From assembly GCA_030390025.1 (NCBI GenBank), contig CM059431.1, forward strand, positions 129,210,001 through 129,274,000: a DNA stretch of 64,000 nt, read 5' to 3'. Under the pieces are notes generated by a model, which was given only the letters and a program-made list of their open reading frames with translations, had not been told where the DNA came from and did no database searches. The stretch is from Squalus acanthias. Taxonomy: Eukaryota. Made by a program: the position numbers and the translations under genes. This document shows, in pieces, positions 11,880 through 23,959 of this stretch; position 1 is the first letter of the stretch; the number at the start of each line of letters is the position of its first letter.

Positions 11880-12685
11880 ACATTTTCTATCCCTTAGCCA
11901 ATTTTGTATCCATGCTGCTACTGCTCCTTTTATCCCATGGGCTTCAATTTTGCTAACAACCCTATTATGTGGTACTTTATTAAATGCCTTTTGAAAGTCC
12001 ATATACACAACATCAACTGTACTGCCCTCATCCACCCTCTCTGTTAGCTCATTAAAAAGCTCAATCAAGTTAGTCAAACTTGATTTGCCCAGCTAATCTG
12101 TGCTGGCTCTTCTTTATTATTGGATACTTGTCTAAGTGGCTGTTTATTTTCTCCTGGCTTACTATTTCTAAAAGCTTCCCCACCATCAATGTTAAACTGA
12201 CTGGCCTATAATTGCCAGGTTTAGCCTTCTCCCCTTTTTAGAACAAGGGTGAAACATTTGCAAATCCTCCAGTAATCTGGCACCTCCCCTGTATTTAAGG
12301 AGGATTGGATTGTGGCCAGCACCTCCGCAATTTTTACCTTTACTTCCCTCAGTGAGCTAGGATGCATCCCATCCGGACCAGGTGACTTATCTGCTTTAAC
12401 TACAGCCTGCCTTTCTAGTACCGCCTCGTTATCTATTTTTATCTCATCAAGTATCCCGACAACCGTAGCTTTGGTAAAGTCCTCTTCCTAGGTAAACACC
12501 AATGCCAAGTATTCCACCAATAGATCTCCACTTTGGTCCCTAATTGGCCCCACCGCTCCTCTGACAACCCTTTTACTGTTAATATGCCTATAGAAGGCTT
12601 TTGGATTCCCTTTTAAGTTAGCCGCCAATCTATTCTTGCATTGTCTTTTTGTCCCTTTTATTTCCTTTTTCACTTCTCCTCTACT
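11880..12685 (-). mobile_element. CR1 LINE ORF2 fragment
   Basis: TNLIELFNELTERVDEGSTVDVVYMDFQKAFNKVPH; NLKGNPKAFYRHINSKR. Confidence 0.9.
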
Positions 12686-13206
12686 TTTTCTCCCTTCTCC
12701 AGAAGATGGCTAGTAAAGAGACTCTTGTGCAACTCTCTGTCATTAAATAAAGAACTTAAAAGTTTGTATTATTAGTTTTCTGAAGGACTAACTATGGTGA
12801 TTGTTTCCATCCAAATGTAAGCTCTGCTTCAAACGTCATTGGGGGTTTCCATGCTAGAAAAGCACTAGTTATGCCTTCTATGCTTCACTGAAATACCTAC
12901 CTGGATACCTCCACTGTATGAAAGGTTAAAAGACACTACCTGCCTTGCTCGAAAGTAACATTTAAAAACCCAACCGGTTGGAGTAGGTCTAAGTGTGTTC
13001 ATGTGTGTGTACCAACTTTCCATGCTGGGAGTCGGATGCCTTGCTTTCACAGGACCAGGAAATCCTCTGCCTATTAACACAACTTCAGTGCATTTTGATT
13101 CTGAAATCTGTGCGTACTTGGCAACATTTAATTAAATGAGAACTGGTACAGAGTGGGCCATCTATTTCCAATTTTCTTTAATTTCTTCATTTCCCAGTGT
13201 CACTGC

Positions 13207-13387
13207 GGTAGATTTTTCACTTCAGCACTGGGGTAGAACAGCTTGGTACGGTGGAAGGCCTGATCACAAAATCAGGTATTAAAATGAATGGACAGAAAAT
13301 CATGAGCAGTTTGTATCCGATTTTGTGATAATGGCTTCCACACCATTAAGTTCTTACACACCAATGGTGCAGAAGAAAATCTGTCGT
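13207..13387. mobile_element. Old palindromic MITE (~180 bp)
   Basis: GGTAGATTTTTC ... GAAAATCTGTC ends; similar to 27111-27291. Confidence 0.5.
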
Positions 13388-13535
13388 ATTGAGTCTTAAT
13401 GGTGTGTAGTTCTACAGATATCCACTGATATTTTGCCGAAATCACCATTCTTCATATGTAAGGATTGAATCATGTTTCCTGTCCTATGAAAACAAACTTA
13501 AATCTGTGAGTCTTTCCACATAACTCAATAGAAAG

Positions 13536-13938
13536 ATAAGACTTGTATTTATATTGTGCCTTTCGCCTCCTCAGAACTCCCCAAAGCACTCCACAACTAA
13601 TGAATTACTTTTGAAGTGCAATCATGTTGTTTTGTTGGCAAATGTGCACAGTGAGATCTCAATAAGTTGAATGATGAATAGAATAGAAGATGAATCTGTT
13701 TTGGTGACATTGGTTGAGAGATAAAACTGGGAGGGCTTCCTGTTCTTTTCTAAAAAAAAGTGGCATGGTATCTTTTACGTCCTTTTGAACAGGTAGACAG
13801 AGCCTCTCTTTTGACAATGTAACATTCCCTCAGCATTTTATGGAAGTACCAGCCTAGATTATGGGCTCAAGTCCTAGGAGGAGGCTCATAACCTTCAGAC
13901 CCAAATGCAAGAATCGTGCCTCTGAGCCAAGCTGACAT
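13536..13938 (-). mobile_element. SacSINE1/DeuSINE-like SINE
   Basis: L2-like tail (ACTTGTATTTATAT on +), central TGGCATGGTATCTTTTACGTCC, degenerate tRNA-like head at the right end; homologous to 21555-21720 and 27620-27990. Confidence 0.7.
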
Positions 13939-14149
13939 CCAACTTAATGTTATAGTTCACTCCTTTTATTCTTCATTATTATATTTAACCTACAAACAGA
14001 ATGGTGTGAGCATGAGTAAAGGGGCTGGGGAAAAGCTTTAATTATAACAAGCTGTTTTGAAATGTGCACTTCCTGAGAATCTGTTAGTAATAACTGAAAT
14101 AAAGGCGATCATCATACATCTGCAATAATTCTTTAATACTTATCTAACG

Positions 14150-14688
14150 TAAACCTACGTAAACTTGAGGTCATCCAAAACTCGGCTGCCCGTGTCCTAA
14201 CTCGCACCAAGTCCCATTCACCCATCACCCCCGTGCTCGCTGACCTACATTGGCTCCCAGTTAAGCAACGCCTCGATTTCAAAATTCTCATCCTTGTTTT
14301 CAAATCCCTCCATGACCTCGCCCCTCCCTATCTCTGTAATCTCCTCCAGCCCCACAACCCCCCGAGATATCTGCGCTCCTCTAATTCTGCCCTCTTGAGC
14401 ATCCCTGATTATAATCGCTCAACCATTAGTGGCCGTGCCTTCTGTTGCCCAGGCCCGAAGCTCTGGAATTCCCTCCCTAAAGCTCTCCGCCTCTCTACCT
14501 CTCTTTCCTCCTTTAAGACACTCCTTAAAACCTACCTCTTTAACCAAGCTTTTGGTCACCTGCTCTAATTTCTCCTTATGTGGCTCGGTGTCAATTTTTT
14601 TGTCTTATAATACTCCTGTGAAGGGCCTTGGGACGATTTACATTAAAGGTGCTATATAAGTACAAGTTGTTGTTGTTGTTGTTGTTGT
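14150..14688 (+). mobile_element. L2 LINE 3' end (young)
   Basis: LADLHWLPVKQRLDFKIL..LRSS..GRAF..LWNSLP..FKTLLKTYLF; (TGT)n tail. Confidence 0.93.
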
Positions 14689-14729
14689 AATCGTGCATGC
14701 ACAACCAAACTAGGTATGTGCCAACAAGT

Positions 14730-15190
14730 TTGTTAACCAAGCTATGGAGTGCAAAAAAATTCAAAGTGCTGAGTTACCAGAAAGGAATGTCAGATTTACC
14801 AACCAGGCTCTGCATATAGTTATTTTGTTGGATGATGACCCCCAAATGTGGCATGGAGGCATCAAGCATGCCAATATATCAGAGGCAATGCAAACTCAAT
14901 GTCAACTACTTTGACCATCTCCTGGGAAAGATCTCCCAGAGGAAACCACATTGGATCTCCCAGAAGAAACTGCACAACATGGGTTTAGGGAGCACAGTCT
15001 CAAAGGTTGTGATGACATAAAAGTAAGGAGTTCAGAAAACAGTAAGGAAGACTGTGGAAGACATAGGCAGGCTAGGGGAATGGGAAGCAAAATGATATAT
15101 GATTCAATGTATGGCTATGTACGGTAATACATTGAGGAGGAAACCAAGGAATGGGAGTATACACTCAATGGAAAGACGCTGAAGCATACA
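14730..15190 (+). mobile_element. Highly degraded CR1 fragment
   Basis: Remnants of SKFADDTK and WQMxFNVDKCEVIHFGRKN codons. Confidence 0.5.
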
Positions 15191-15727
15191 GAACATTATT
15201 CGTAGAGATTTTATGATACAAAATGTATTTTTTGAAAATTGCAAAGGAGATTCAGCACTGAAAAAATTAAACACTCCAAAAAGTTAAACACTCCGAACAT
15301 GCCAGAGGCAGAACTGAAATTAATGAAACTGATGGTTTAAGCAGTGAAGTGGCTACCAAACCATCACACAACAAACAAATCATTAGCATGCAATAGATCA
15401 ATAAAACAGCCCTTAAGCTGCAATATTTTAGCACTTCTTCCATGCAAAATAATGTTGGGAGGTCAACAATGGGCAAAAGCAATTTTAGTCAGTCATTCTA
15501 TCAGTATATCTTCACGTTATTTAATGGCTGACTTGAATTTTATTAGCCACGCTTAATGGATTGTGTAAGCTTTCAATTCACCATTAATTTTAATCAACCA
15601 TAAAACCTTACATGCCAAAAAAACTTAGATAAAAAAAATGTAGCTCATCAGAAATAAGCCTAGACTAGTTCACAAAATAAAGATACTCTATAGTTTTGTG
15701 ACAAAATCGCTTAATTTTCAATGACAT

Positions 15728-15836
15728 TGACCTGAACTTTGTTTCTCTCTTCACAGATGCTGCCTGACCTGCTGAGCATCTCCAGCATTTTCTGTTTTTA
15801 TTTCAGATTTCCAGCATCCGCAGTATTTTGCTTTTG
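15728..15836 (+). repeat. Single arm of the fold-back repeat seen at 9163-9300
   Basis: CAGATGCTGCCTGACCTGCTGAGCATCTCCAGCATTTTCTGTTTTTATTTCAGATTTCCAGCATCCGCAG. Confidence 0.7.
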
Positions 15837-17065
15837 TAATAAAGGGTTAACAACTATCAAAGCAAATCAGATTCCCAGACCAGACAACAATCAAACATTA
15901 CAAGCTGAGAAGAGGTAAAAGTAATGAAGCTGTTGAAACAACTATCAAGTGAAGTGAAAATGTAAATAGCTCAAAAGTGCATCTCAAGGAACATTTCAAA
16001 GGCTTCTTCGGTTGAAGTGATATGCAGATCCTTTGAGCATAAAAGCTGAGATGAAAAGCAACACCCTGATGGTAATGGGGATTTGAGGAAGGGGAAAGAA
16101 AGACCAGGCTATAGAAATCAGGGAAATAACATTCGGAAAAATAGAATCTCATTTGAAGGTTTAAAATGCAGTTGTGCAGCAGCTGAGAAGTTTATATGGG
16201 ATCACCTGGAGGAGGTAGCCTCACACTGCTTCAGTCTCACACTATAATTACTGGTACAATCAGGAGAGCAGTAAATTGTTTGTGCTGGTCTCCGTACCTG
16301 ACTCTCCAACCTGTGCTCACATTAAGTGAGGATCTGCAGAGACAATCCAAATTACCCTAAAGAGCAATTACTGAAAATGACCAAGACTGATTTATGCCAT
16401 AATTGTCTGTTTTGCATCAATAGCTTCCAGCAGAATATTATCTTTTCGGGTATTATTACCATTAACTTAGCTTTAATTGTAGCCGTTAAGCAATAGCAGC
16501 TAACTTGAAAAATCACCAGTTAAACTAATGATGAAGGAACAGAACAGCCTAAAATAACCACAGTCACAATTTAGCATCATTCGTAAAATTGCTAATCATG
16601 TATATAATTAAGATATATTAGAGGTAGCTTGATTCTTTAGGAGAAATGTTCAGTCACAACCTGTCATATATATTCTACTAATTATATAACTGCTATCATT
16701 TGTGGAATGAGTAAAGTTTATTAACAGTGGCTATGACTAAGGCAAGTGACTTCTTATCAATCAGATTCACTTAGAAATCAACATTTTCACTGTGACTCAG
16801 GACATTTTATGCAGAATTCTGACACTTGGGGAGCAAATTGCACTACAGGCTGTAACTACAGGATGTGTAATGATACGTTGCACATAATTATAGCCTTAAT
16901 TATAATGTGCCCACACAGGAATCTTGTTCTTTTTAAGTATAACTTTTACAAACTGTCCACCACGTTTATAATATATTAGCAGATTAGCAGATTTCTCACG
17001 ATATTGTTCACAAGAACCCAGAGGATAAGGACTTAGACAATATGCCAGAGCACTCTAGAGTTTTA

Positions 17066-19163
17066 GGGGGAGAAATTCGGGGCGCAATTATCGGCCTGGC
17101 GCAAAGTTGAGCGCCTGGCGCTAATTATCAACTCCGACTTCAAACTTGGCTTCTATCGCCCCTGGAGGTGATTGGAGCACTAAATCAGGCGCGACACACC
17201 TCTCTTAAGGCGCTAACGCTGAGGATCAAGGTGCTACCTCAGAGCGTTGGCGAAGCTCATGTGATGTCAGTTAGCAATGGAACGCAGACACACTGGTGCC
17301 GGCCAGTTCCTAAAGGGGAGGGTCGATCTTGCTCTCCATCCACACCCTGCTCATTTCAGCCTTGAATCTCAGCCTGCAAAGACCTGTACATAAGAACATA
17401 AGAAATAGGAGCAGGAGTAGGCCATTCGGCCCTTCGAGCCTGCTCCGCCATTCAATGAGATCATGGCTGATCTTCTGCCTCCACTTCATTCACCGGCCCT
17501 ATCGCCATATCCCTTGATGCCCTTACTAGTCAGAAATCTATCGACTTCTGTTTTGAATATACCCAATGACTGAGCCTCCACAACCCTCTGGGGTAGAGAA
17601 TTCCAAAGATTCACCACCCTCTCTGTGAAGAAATTTCTTCTCATCTCAGTCCTGAATGGCCTACCCTTTATCCTGAGGCTGTGGACCCTGGTTCCAGACT
17701 CCCCAGCCAAGGGAAACATTCTCCCAGCATCCACCCTATCAAGCCCTGTAATAATTTTGTATGCTTCAATGAGATCCCCTCTTATTCTTCTGAATTCAAG
17801 AGAATACAGGCCTAGTTTACTCAATCTCTTCTCATATGACAATCCCGTCATCCCAGGAATCAATCTCGTTGCACTCCCTCTATGGCAAGTATATCCTTCC
17901 TTAGGTAAAGAGACCAAAATTGTACACAGTACTCCAGGTGTGGTCTCACCAAGGCCCTATATAATTGGAGTAAGACTTCTTTACTCCTGTACTCAAATCC
18001 TCTTGTAATGAAGGCCAGCATACCATTTGCCTTCCTAATGGCTTGCTGCTCCTGTACATTCACTTTCAGTGGCTCATGTACAAGGATACCCAGATCCCGT
18101 TGAGCATCTGCATTCCCCAATCTTTCACCATTTAGGAAATACTCTGCCTTTCTGTTTTTTCTACCAAAGTGGATAACTTCACATTTATCCACATTATATT
18201 CCATCTGCCATGTTCTCGTCCACTCACTGAGCCTGTCGAGATTCCCTTGAAGCCTCTTCACATCCTCTTCACAACTGACACTGCCACCTAGCTTTGTATC
18301 ATCAGCAAATGTGGAAATGTTACATTTAGTCCCCTCATCCAAATCATTGATATAGATTGTGAATAGCTGGGGCCCAAGCACCGATCCTTGCGGTACTCCA
18401 CTAGTCACAGCCTGCCATCCTGAAAAAGACCCGTTTATCCTTACTCTTTGTTTTCTGTCTGTTAACCAATTCTCAATCCATGCTAGTATATTACCCCCAA
18501 TTCCTTGTGCCCTAATTTTGTTCACCAACCTCTTGTGTGGGACTTCATCGAAGGTCTTCTGAAAATCCAGATACACCACATCTACCGGTTCCCCTGTGTC
18601 TACTCCACCAGTTACATCAATTCTACTGGAAAGAATAATGGAGAGGCCCAGGGAAAGAGCTCAGAGTGCAGCCCCCAAGTCTCTTCTAAATCGATGCAAG
18701 GAAGGTCAAATCAAAATGAACCTGCAAAGTGCTGCTCAGTACCCAAAACTCCTTCACACAGCGTTGAATCTATCCAGAAGTCTCTCTCTCTCTCAGAATG
18801 CGTGGTGCAAAAATGTCGTTGACAAAAAAAGGCAGGAAGCGGTCGCCTTTAAATAGTGCTCCCCAGTCCCTTCCCAACTGCAAAATGCTCCCCTCAACCT
18901 GTCATTGCCAGCGGCAGGCGGTAAGGCAGGGGGCGCCACTCAATATCCGGTCCGGGGTACTACCGGGGCGTTGCACGCTCGACTGATGTCATGATTGCAG
19001 GCGCAGGAGATCGTGGCGGTAGTGTTTAGCGCCACCGCAAAATGTCTAGTAAATTTCGCGAGCGGCGCAAACATCGCCTGCGCCCGGGCGCTAGTTGCTT
19101 TGCGCCCCATTAGCACCCTCTTAAGGCACTAACGGGAGGCGCAACCAACTGAATTTTTCCCCC
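17066..19163. mobile_element. Non-autonomous Harbinger element interrupted by a CR1
   Basis: TIRs GGGGGAGAAATTC / GAATTTTTCCCCC; flanks TTA/ATA; the right end is homologous to the left end of the 29459 element. Confidence 0.8.
17388..18615 (-). mobile_element. 5'-truncated CR1 LINE (RT domain)
   Basis: ORFs 17860-18579 and 17486-17917: GVPQGSVLGP, FADDTKL, LWNSLPQ; (TTCTTATG)n tail. Confidence 0.95.
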
Positions 19164-19170
19164 ATAGGGT

Positions 19171-20990
19171 CATAGAGTTATACAGCACAGAAAGAGGCCC
19201 TTCGGCACATCATGTCCGCGCCGGCCATCAAGCCGTGTCTATTCTAATCCCATTTTCCAGCACTTCGTCCATAGCCTTGTATGCTATGGCGTTTCAAGTG
19301 CTCATCTAAATGCTTCTTGAATGTTGTGAGGGTTCCTGCCTCTACCACCCTTTCAGGCAGTGAGTTCCAGATTCCAACCACCCTCTGGGTGAAAAAGTAT
19401 TTCCTCAAATCCCCTCTAAACCTCCTGCCCCTTACCTTGAAACTATTTCCCCTGGTTATTGACCCCTCTACTAAGGGGAAAAGTTGCTTTTTATCTACCC
19501 TATCTATGCCCCTCATAATTTTGTACACCTCAATCAGGTCCCCCCTCAGCCTTCTCTGCTCTAAGGAAAACAACCCCAGCCTGTCCAGTCTCTCTTCATA
19601 GCTGAAGCGCTCCAGCCCAGGTAACATCCTGGTGAATCTCTTCTGCACCCTCTCCAATGCAATCACATCCCTCCTATAGTGTGGCGACCAGAACTGCACA
19701 CAGTATTCCAGCTGTGGCCTAACTAGCGTTTTGTACAGCTCCATCATAACTTCCCTGCTCTTATATTCTATGCCTCGGCTAATGAAGGTAAGTATCCCAT
19801 ATGCCTTTTTAACCACCTTATCTACCTGTCCTGCTGCCTTCAGGGATCTATGTACATGCACACCAAGGTCCCTCTGATCCTCTGTCCTTCCTAGGGTCCT
19901 ACCATTCATTGTGTATTCCCTTGCCTTGTTAGTCCTCCCAAAATGCATCACCTCACACTTTTCAGGGTTAACTTCCATTTGCCACTGTTCTGCCCATGTA
20001 ACCATCCCATCTATATCGTCCTGTAGTCTGAGGCTTCCCTCCTCGCTATTTACCACTCCACCAATTTTCGTGTCATCTGCGAACTTACTGATCATACCTC
20101 CTACATTCATAACTAAATCATTAATGTACACTACAAACAGTAAAGGACCCAGCACCGATCCCTGTGGTACACCACTGGACACAGGCTTCCAGTCACAAAA
20201 ACAACCTTCGACCATCACCCTCTGCCTCCTGCCACTAAGCCAATTTTGGATCCAATGTGCCAAATTGCCCTGGATCCCATGGGCTCTTACCTTCTTGACC
20301 AGTCTCCCATGTGGGACTTTGTCAAAAGCCTTACTAAAGTCCATGTAGACTACATCAACTGTACTACCCTCATCCACACACCTAGTCACCCCCTCGAAAA
20401 ATTCAATCAAGTTGGTCAGACATGATCTCCCCCTGACAAAGCCATGCTGACTATCCCTGATTAATCTCTGCCTCTCCAAGTGGAGACTAATTCTGTCCCT
20501 CAGAATTTTTTCCAATAATTTCCTTCCCACTGATGTTAGGCTCACTGGCCTGTAATTCCCTGGTTTATTCCTACTACCCTTCTTGAACAATGGTACTACC
20601 TTAGCTGTTCTCCAGTCCAGAGAGGTTCTGAAAATTTGTGTCAGAGCCCCTACAATCTCCTCCCTTGCCTCACACAGCAGCCTGGGATACATCCCGTCAG
20701 GGCCTGGGTATTTATCCACTTTTAAGCCCCCTAAAACCGCTAGTACCTCCTCCCTCTCAATACTAATTTGTTCAAGTATATCACAATCCCCCTGCCTGAT
20801 TTCTATGCCTACATCACCCTTTCCATAGTGAACACAGATGCAAAATATTCATTTAAAACCTCACCTACATCTTCTGGCTCTACACGCAGATTGCCACTTT
20901 GGTCCCTAATGGGCCCTACTCTTTCCCTGGTTATCCTCTTGCCCTTAATATACTTGTAAAACACCTTGGGATTTTCCTTTATTTTGCCCT
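19171..20990 (-). mobile_element. 5'-truncated CR1 LINE with an uninterrupted 491-aa RT/C-terminal ORF (19244-20719)
   Basis: PGPDG, NYRPVSLTS, QHGF, DFSKAFDKVPH, GVPQGSVLGP, KFADDTK motifs; CTCTATG tail. Confidence 0.96.
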
Positions 20991-21437
20991 TTAGTTTGTT
21001 TTAATGGATTTTATTTTGAAATGTTCCAGCATCAAGTGAAAAGGATTTTCTGTTTCCTGAATGTAAAAGTGGCTTTATGTTTGATAGGTACTCAATATAA
21101 AGGTAAATAAGCGACATTTATATTAGTGGTTTTAGTAACGAATTTGATCCTACCAGATCATGAGAGGAATCAGATGAGTTTTGACTATTTGACATTCCTC
21201 AGCTCATGAAGGATGGTAGCATTAGTAAATATGTGTAGTCAGAAGATTAGTGACTGGTAACTGTACCAGAGCAACAGAAACTTTATGGGGTGATTTTCAA
21301 CTCACTTCCACCCTAGTTATGCCTAAAGATGGGCTGTAGCAAGACAAAAATCATGTGTAGGCCACCAACTTACCACTGGTTATCTGCAAATTCTGATTTA
21401 GATGGAAGAGCACCTGTCACAAACAAGGCAAGGGTTG

Positions 21438-21720
<283 letters not shown>

Positions 21721-21982
21721 TGTAAATCAAGGTCCCCAAAAAAATTAATTTTGTTCACGAACTGCTACCACCAATTCCTTACCCCTGCCCACAAATCACG
21801 GGCCGACATTTCCAGGAATAATTAAAGGGAACCACAGGTGCTCTCAGGTAAAATGTTGGAAAGTTTTGGGAGACATTCTGCTAGTATTACATTGTGATTT
21901 TTGGCTGCTTAGACCATCTTGAAGTGGTTGTAGTGGCTGTAGAATGTTCTGAACTCATAAGGGGCTGCGGGCTTTTTCTCAG

Positions 21983-23800
21983 CATGGGGGTCTTTTCTGG
22001 CAATTCCACTCTGGCAAGCTGAGGAGAAGGAGAAGGAGCAACAGCAGCAGGAGGAATGAGCAAATAAAACTTTAGCTGCAAATAGAAAGAGGCATGCTCG
22101 CAGGAATCCTTCACCTCCCAACAGAGTTTATAGACCCAGGACAACATGCCGTAAGTTCTCAGAGGAGCAGTGCAAAAGGAAGCCTTGCTCTCTAGGAAGG
22201 CCGTCACAGAATTGCAGAGCTCCTGCAAAAAGACCTGCAACCAACTGCCACAACTAGCACAACATTGTCTGTTGCAGTCAAGGTCACATCCGCCCTCAAC
22301 ATCTTTGTCTTTAACTCCTTCCATACTGCCGCAGGAGATATCAGTAACATCAGTCAGTCTGCAGTTCATGCTTGCATTAAGCAGGTGACTGATGTCATGT
22401 TTGTAATGCAAACATTTTCGTCCCTTTTCCAGAAGCAGAGGATAGTGCTCTGGGGTTCGCACAGATTGTCTACTTCCTCCCAAATACAGGGCCTCCCTGA
22501 ATGCACCCACATCGCCCTTTGGGCTCTTTCATATGACCCCACTGCCTTCATGAGTTGCAAGGACTTCCACTTCATTAATGTACAACTAATGTACATTGGC
22601 CCAAAAATTAGTGAGTGAGCCTTCGTGCGAGGGTAAGGCTTCCCCGCGATCTCTCACTGCGCGCTGGCTTTTTTATTCCCAGCTCGCATGAACTTGATGT
22701 TCTGGACAGCAGCTGTGCAGGGCTTTCGTATCCCACAGGCGCAGTTAATTTGTGCGAGCTGTGGGATCACGTGACTCAGTTAGAGCCAATGGCAGCACAC
22801 CATCTTTCATTCATAGCTTTCACAGCACGGCTGTGAAAGCTATGAATACTATACCCCCCCAAAAGAACAGCTAAACCTCAATTATTTTTTTTTTTAAACC
22901 ATCACATTAATAAAATAAGTATAGTTAAATAAATTAACCACTTTAAACAAAAAATTAAATTTTTGAAAAAATTTAAAATCTTTTAAAAAGTTATAAAAAT
23001 AAACTTACCTTTCTTTAAAGTCTCTAAAAAAGATATACCTGTTGAAAAAAATTCAAAATAATACTTAATTAACTACTTACCTTGTTAAAAGAGGGTCTTA
23101 CGCCTCCTTTCTTTATGTGTAAAATGTTCCATGCTTACCCGCGTGTTCAAAGCACTAAGTGCACTGTGTGCGCGCAGCCTGTAGCGCGCACGTGGTTCAC
23201 CTAGGAACCGCCCCCTTTTGAAATCACCAAGTGCCAGTTTTCAGCGCATGCGCAGTGCATGCAGAAAACCGGCAATTGGAGACAGAATACGCGAGAGTAC
23301 ACAGTGCGTACTCACGCGTAGCGGCACTAATTTTTGGGCCATTATGCAGATCTGTGCCCACTTTCCTGGTAGCTGCCATGATGTTTTTATATAGCAGCAA
23401 TCCTCCATCCCCAACAATTTGCCCCAGCACAACAAGTGAGAGTCTGGCTGCCTGGGGATAAGTGCTATCCCCTGCCACTTGGCTAATAACTCCACCCAGG
23501 AACCTATGATCGGTGGCTGAGCTGCACTACAATCAGATCCATGCATTAACTAGAGCCCTCAGAGAGCAGACCTTTGGAGTCCTTAAGCAATATTCTGATG
23601 CCTGAACAGGACTGGTGGCTTTCTCTAATACAGCCTACAAAGAGTGTCCTGTATGATAGCGGTTTGCTGTATTCTGCATAACTTTGCTATGCAATGCTGA
23701 CAACACATGGAGCCACCATTGGAGGAGGACCTTCAGCAAGATGAGGGAGACAACACTGATGACATAGAGGATCGCGAGCACTTCAACTGAGCAATTGCAG
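21983..23800 (+). pseudogene. Harbinger transposase pseudogene, split by the MITE at 22598-23340
   Basis: SVAVKVTSALN..AAGDISNISQSAVHACIKQVTD; CTHIAL..FHFINVQL | IMQICAHFPGSCHD..CCILHNFAM. Confidence 0.85.
22598..23340 (-). mobile_element. ~740-bp Harbinger-type MITE (family A), with ATT target-site duplication
   Basis: Perfect 16-bp TIR GGCCCAAAAATTAGTG / CACTAATTTTTGGGCC; ATT on both sides; near-identical inverted copy at 52959-53698. Confidence 0.93.
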
Positions 23801-23959
23801 CTCCTCAGCATTAACCATCATGTCTACCATCTCTCCAAGTTCTTCCAACCTGAAATAAACATTGCAGGGTCACCAGCTACTAGAGGAACACTTTCTGCAC
23901 ACAAAGATTTCAAAAAGGATTATCATTTTCATGCCTTATACAAATGCCTAACATTTATT

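Noticed and set aside
12865..13080. Possible minus-strand exon (GRGFPGPVK...)
   Set aside because: Weak acceptor, no recognisable homology, and no continued Gly-X-Y pattern
16299..16334. Possible 36-nt minus-strand exon (ctgcag|...|gtacgg)
   Set aside because: Short polypyrimidine tract and no supporting peptide similarity
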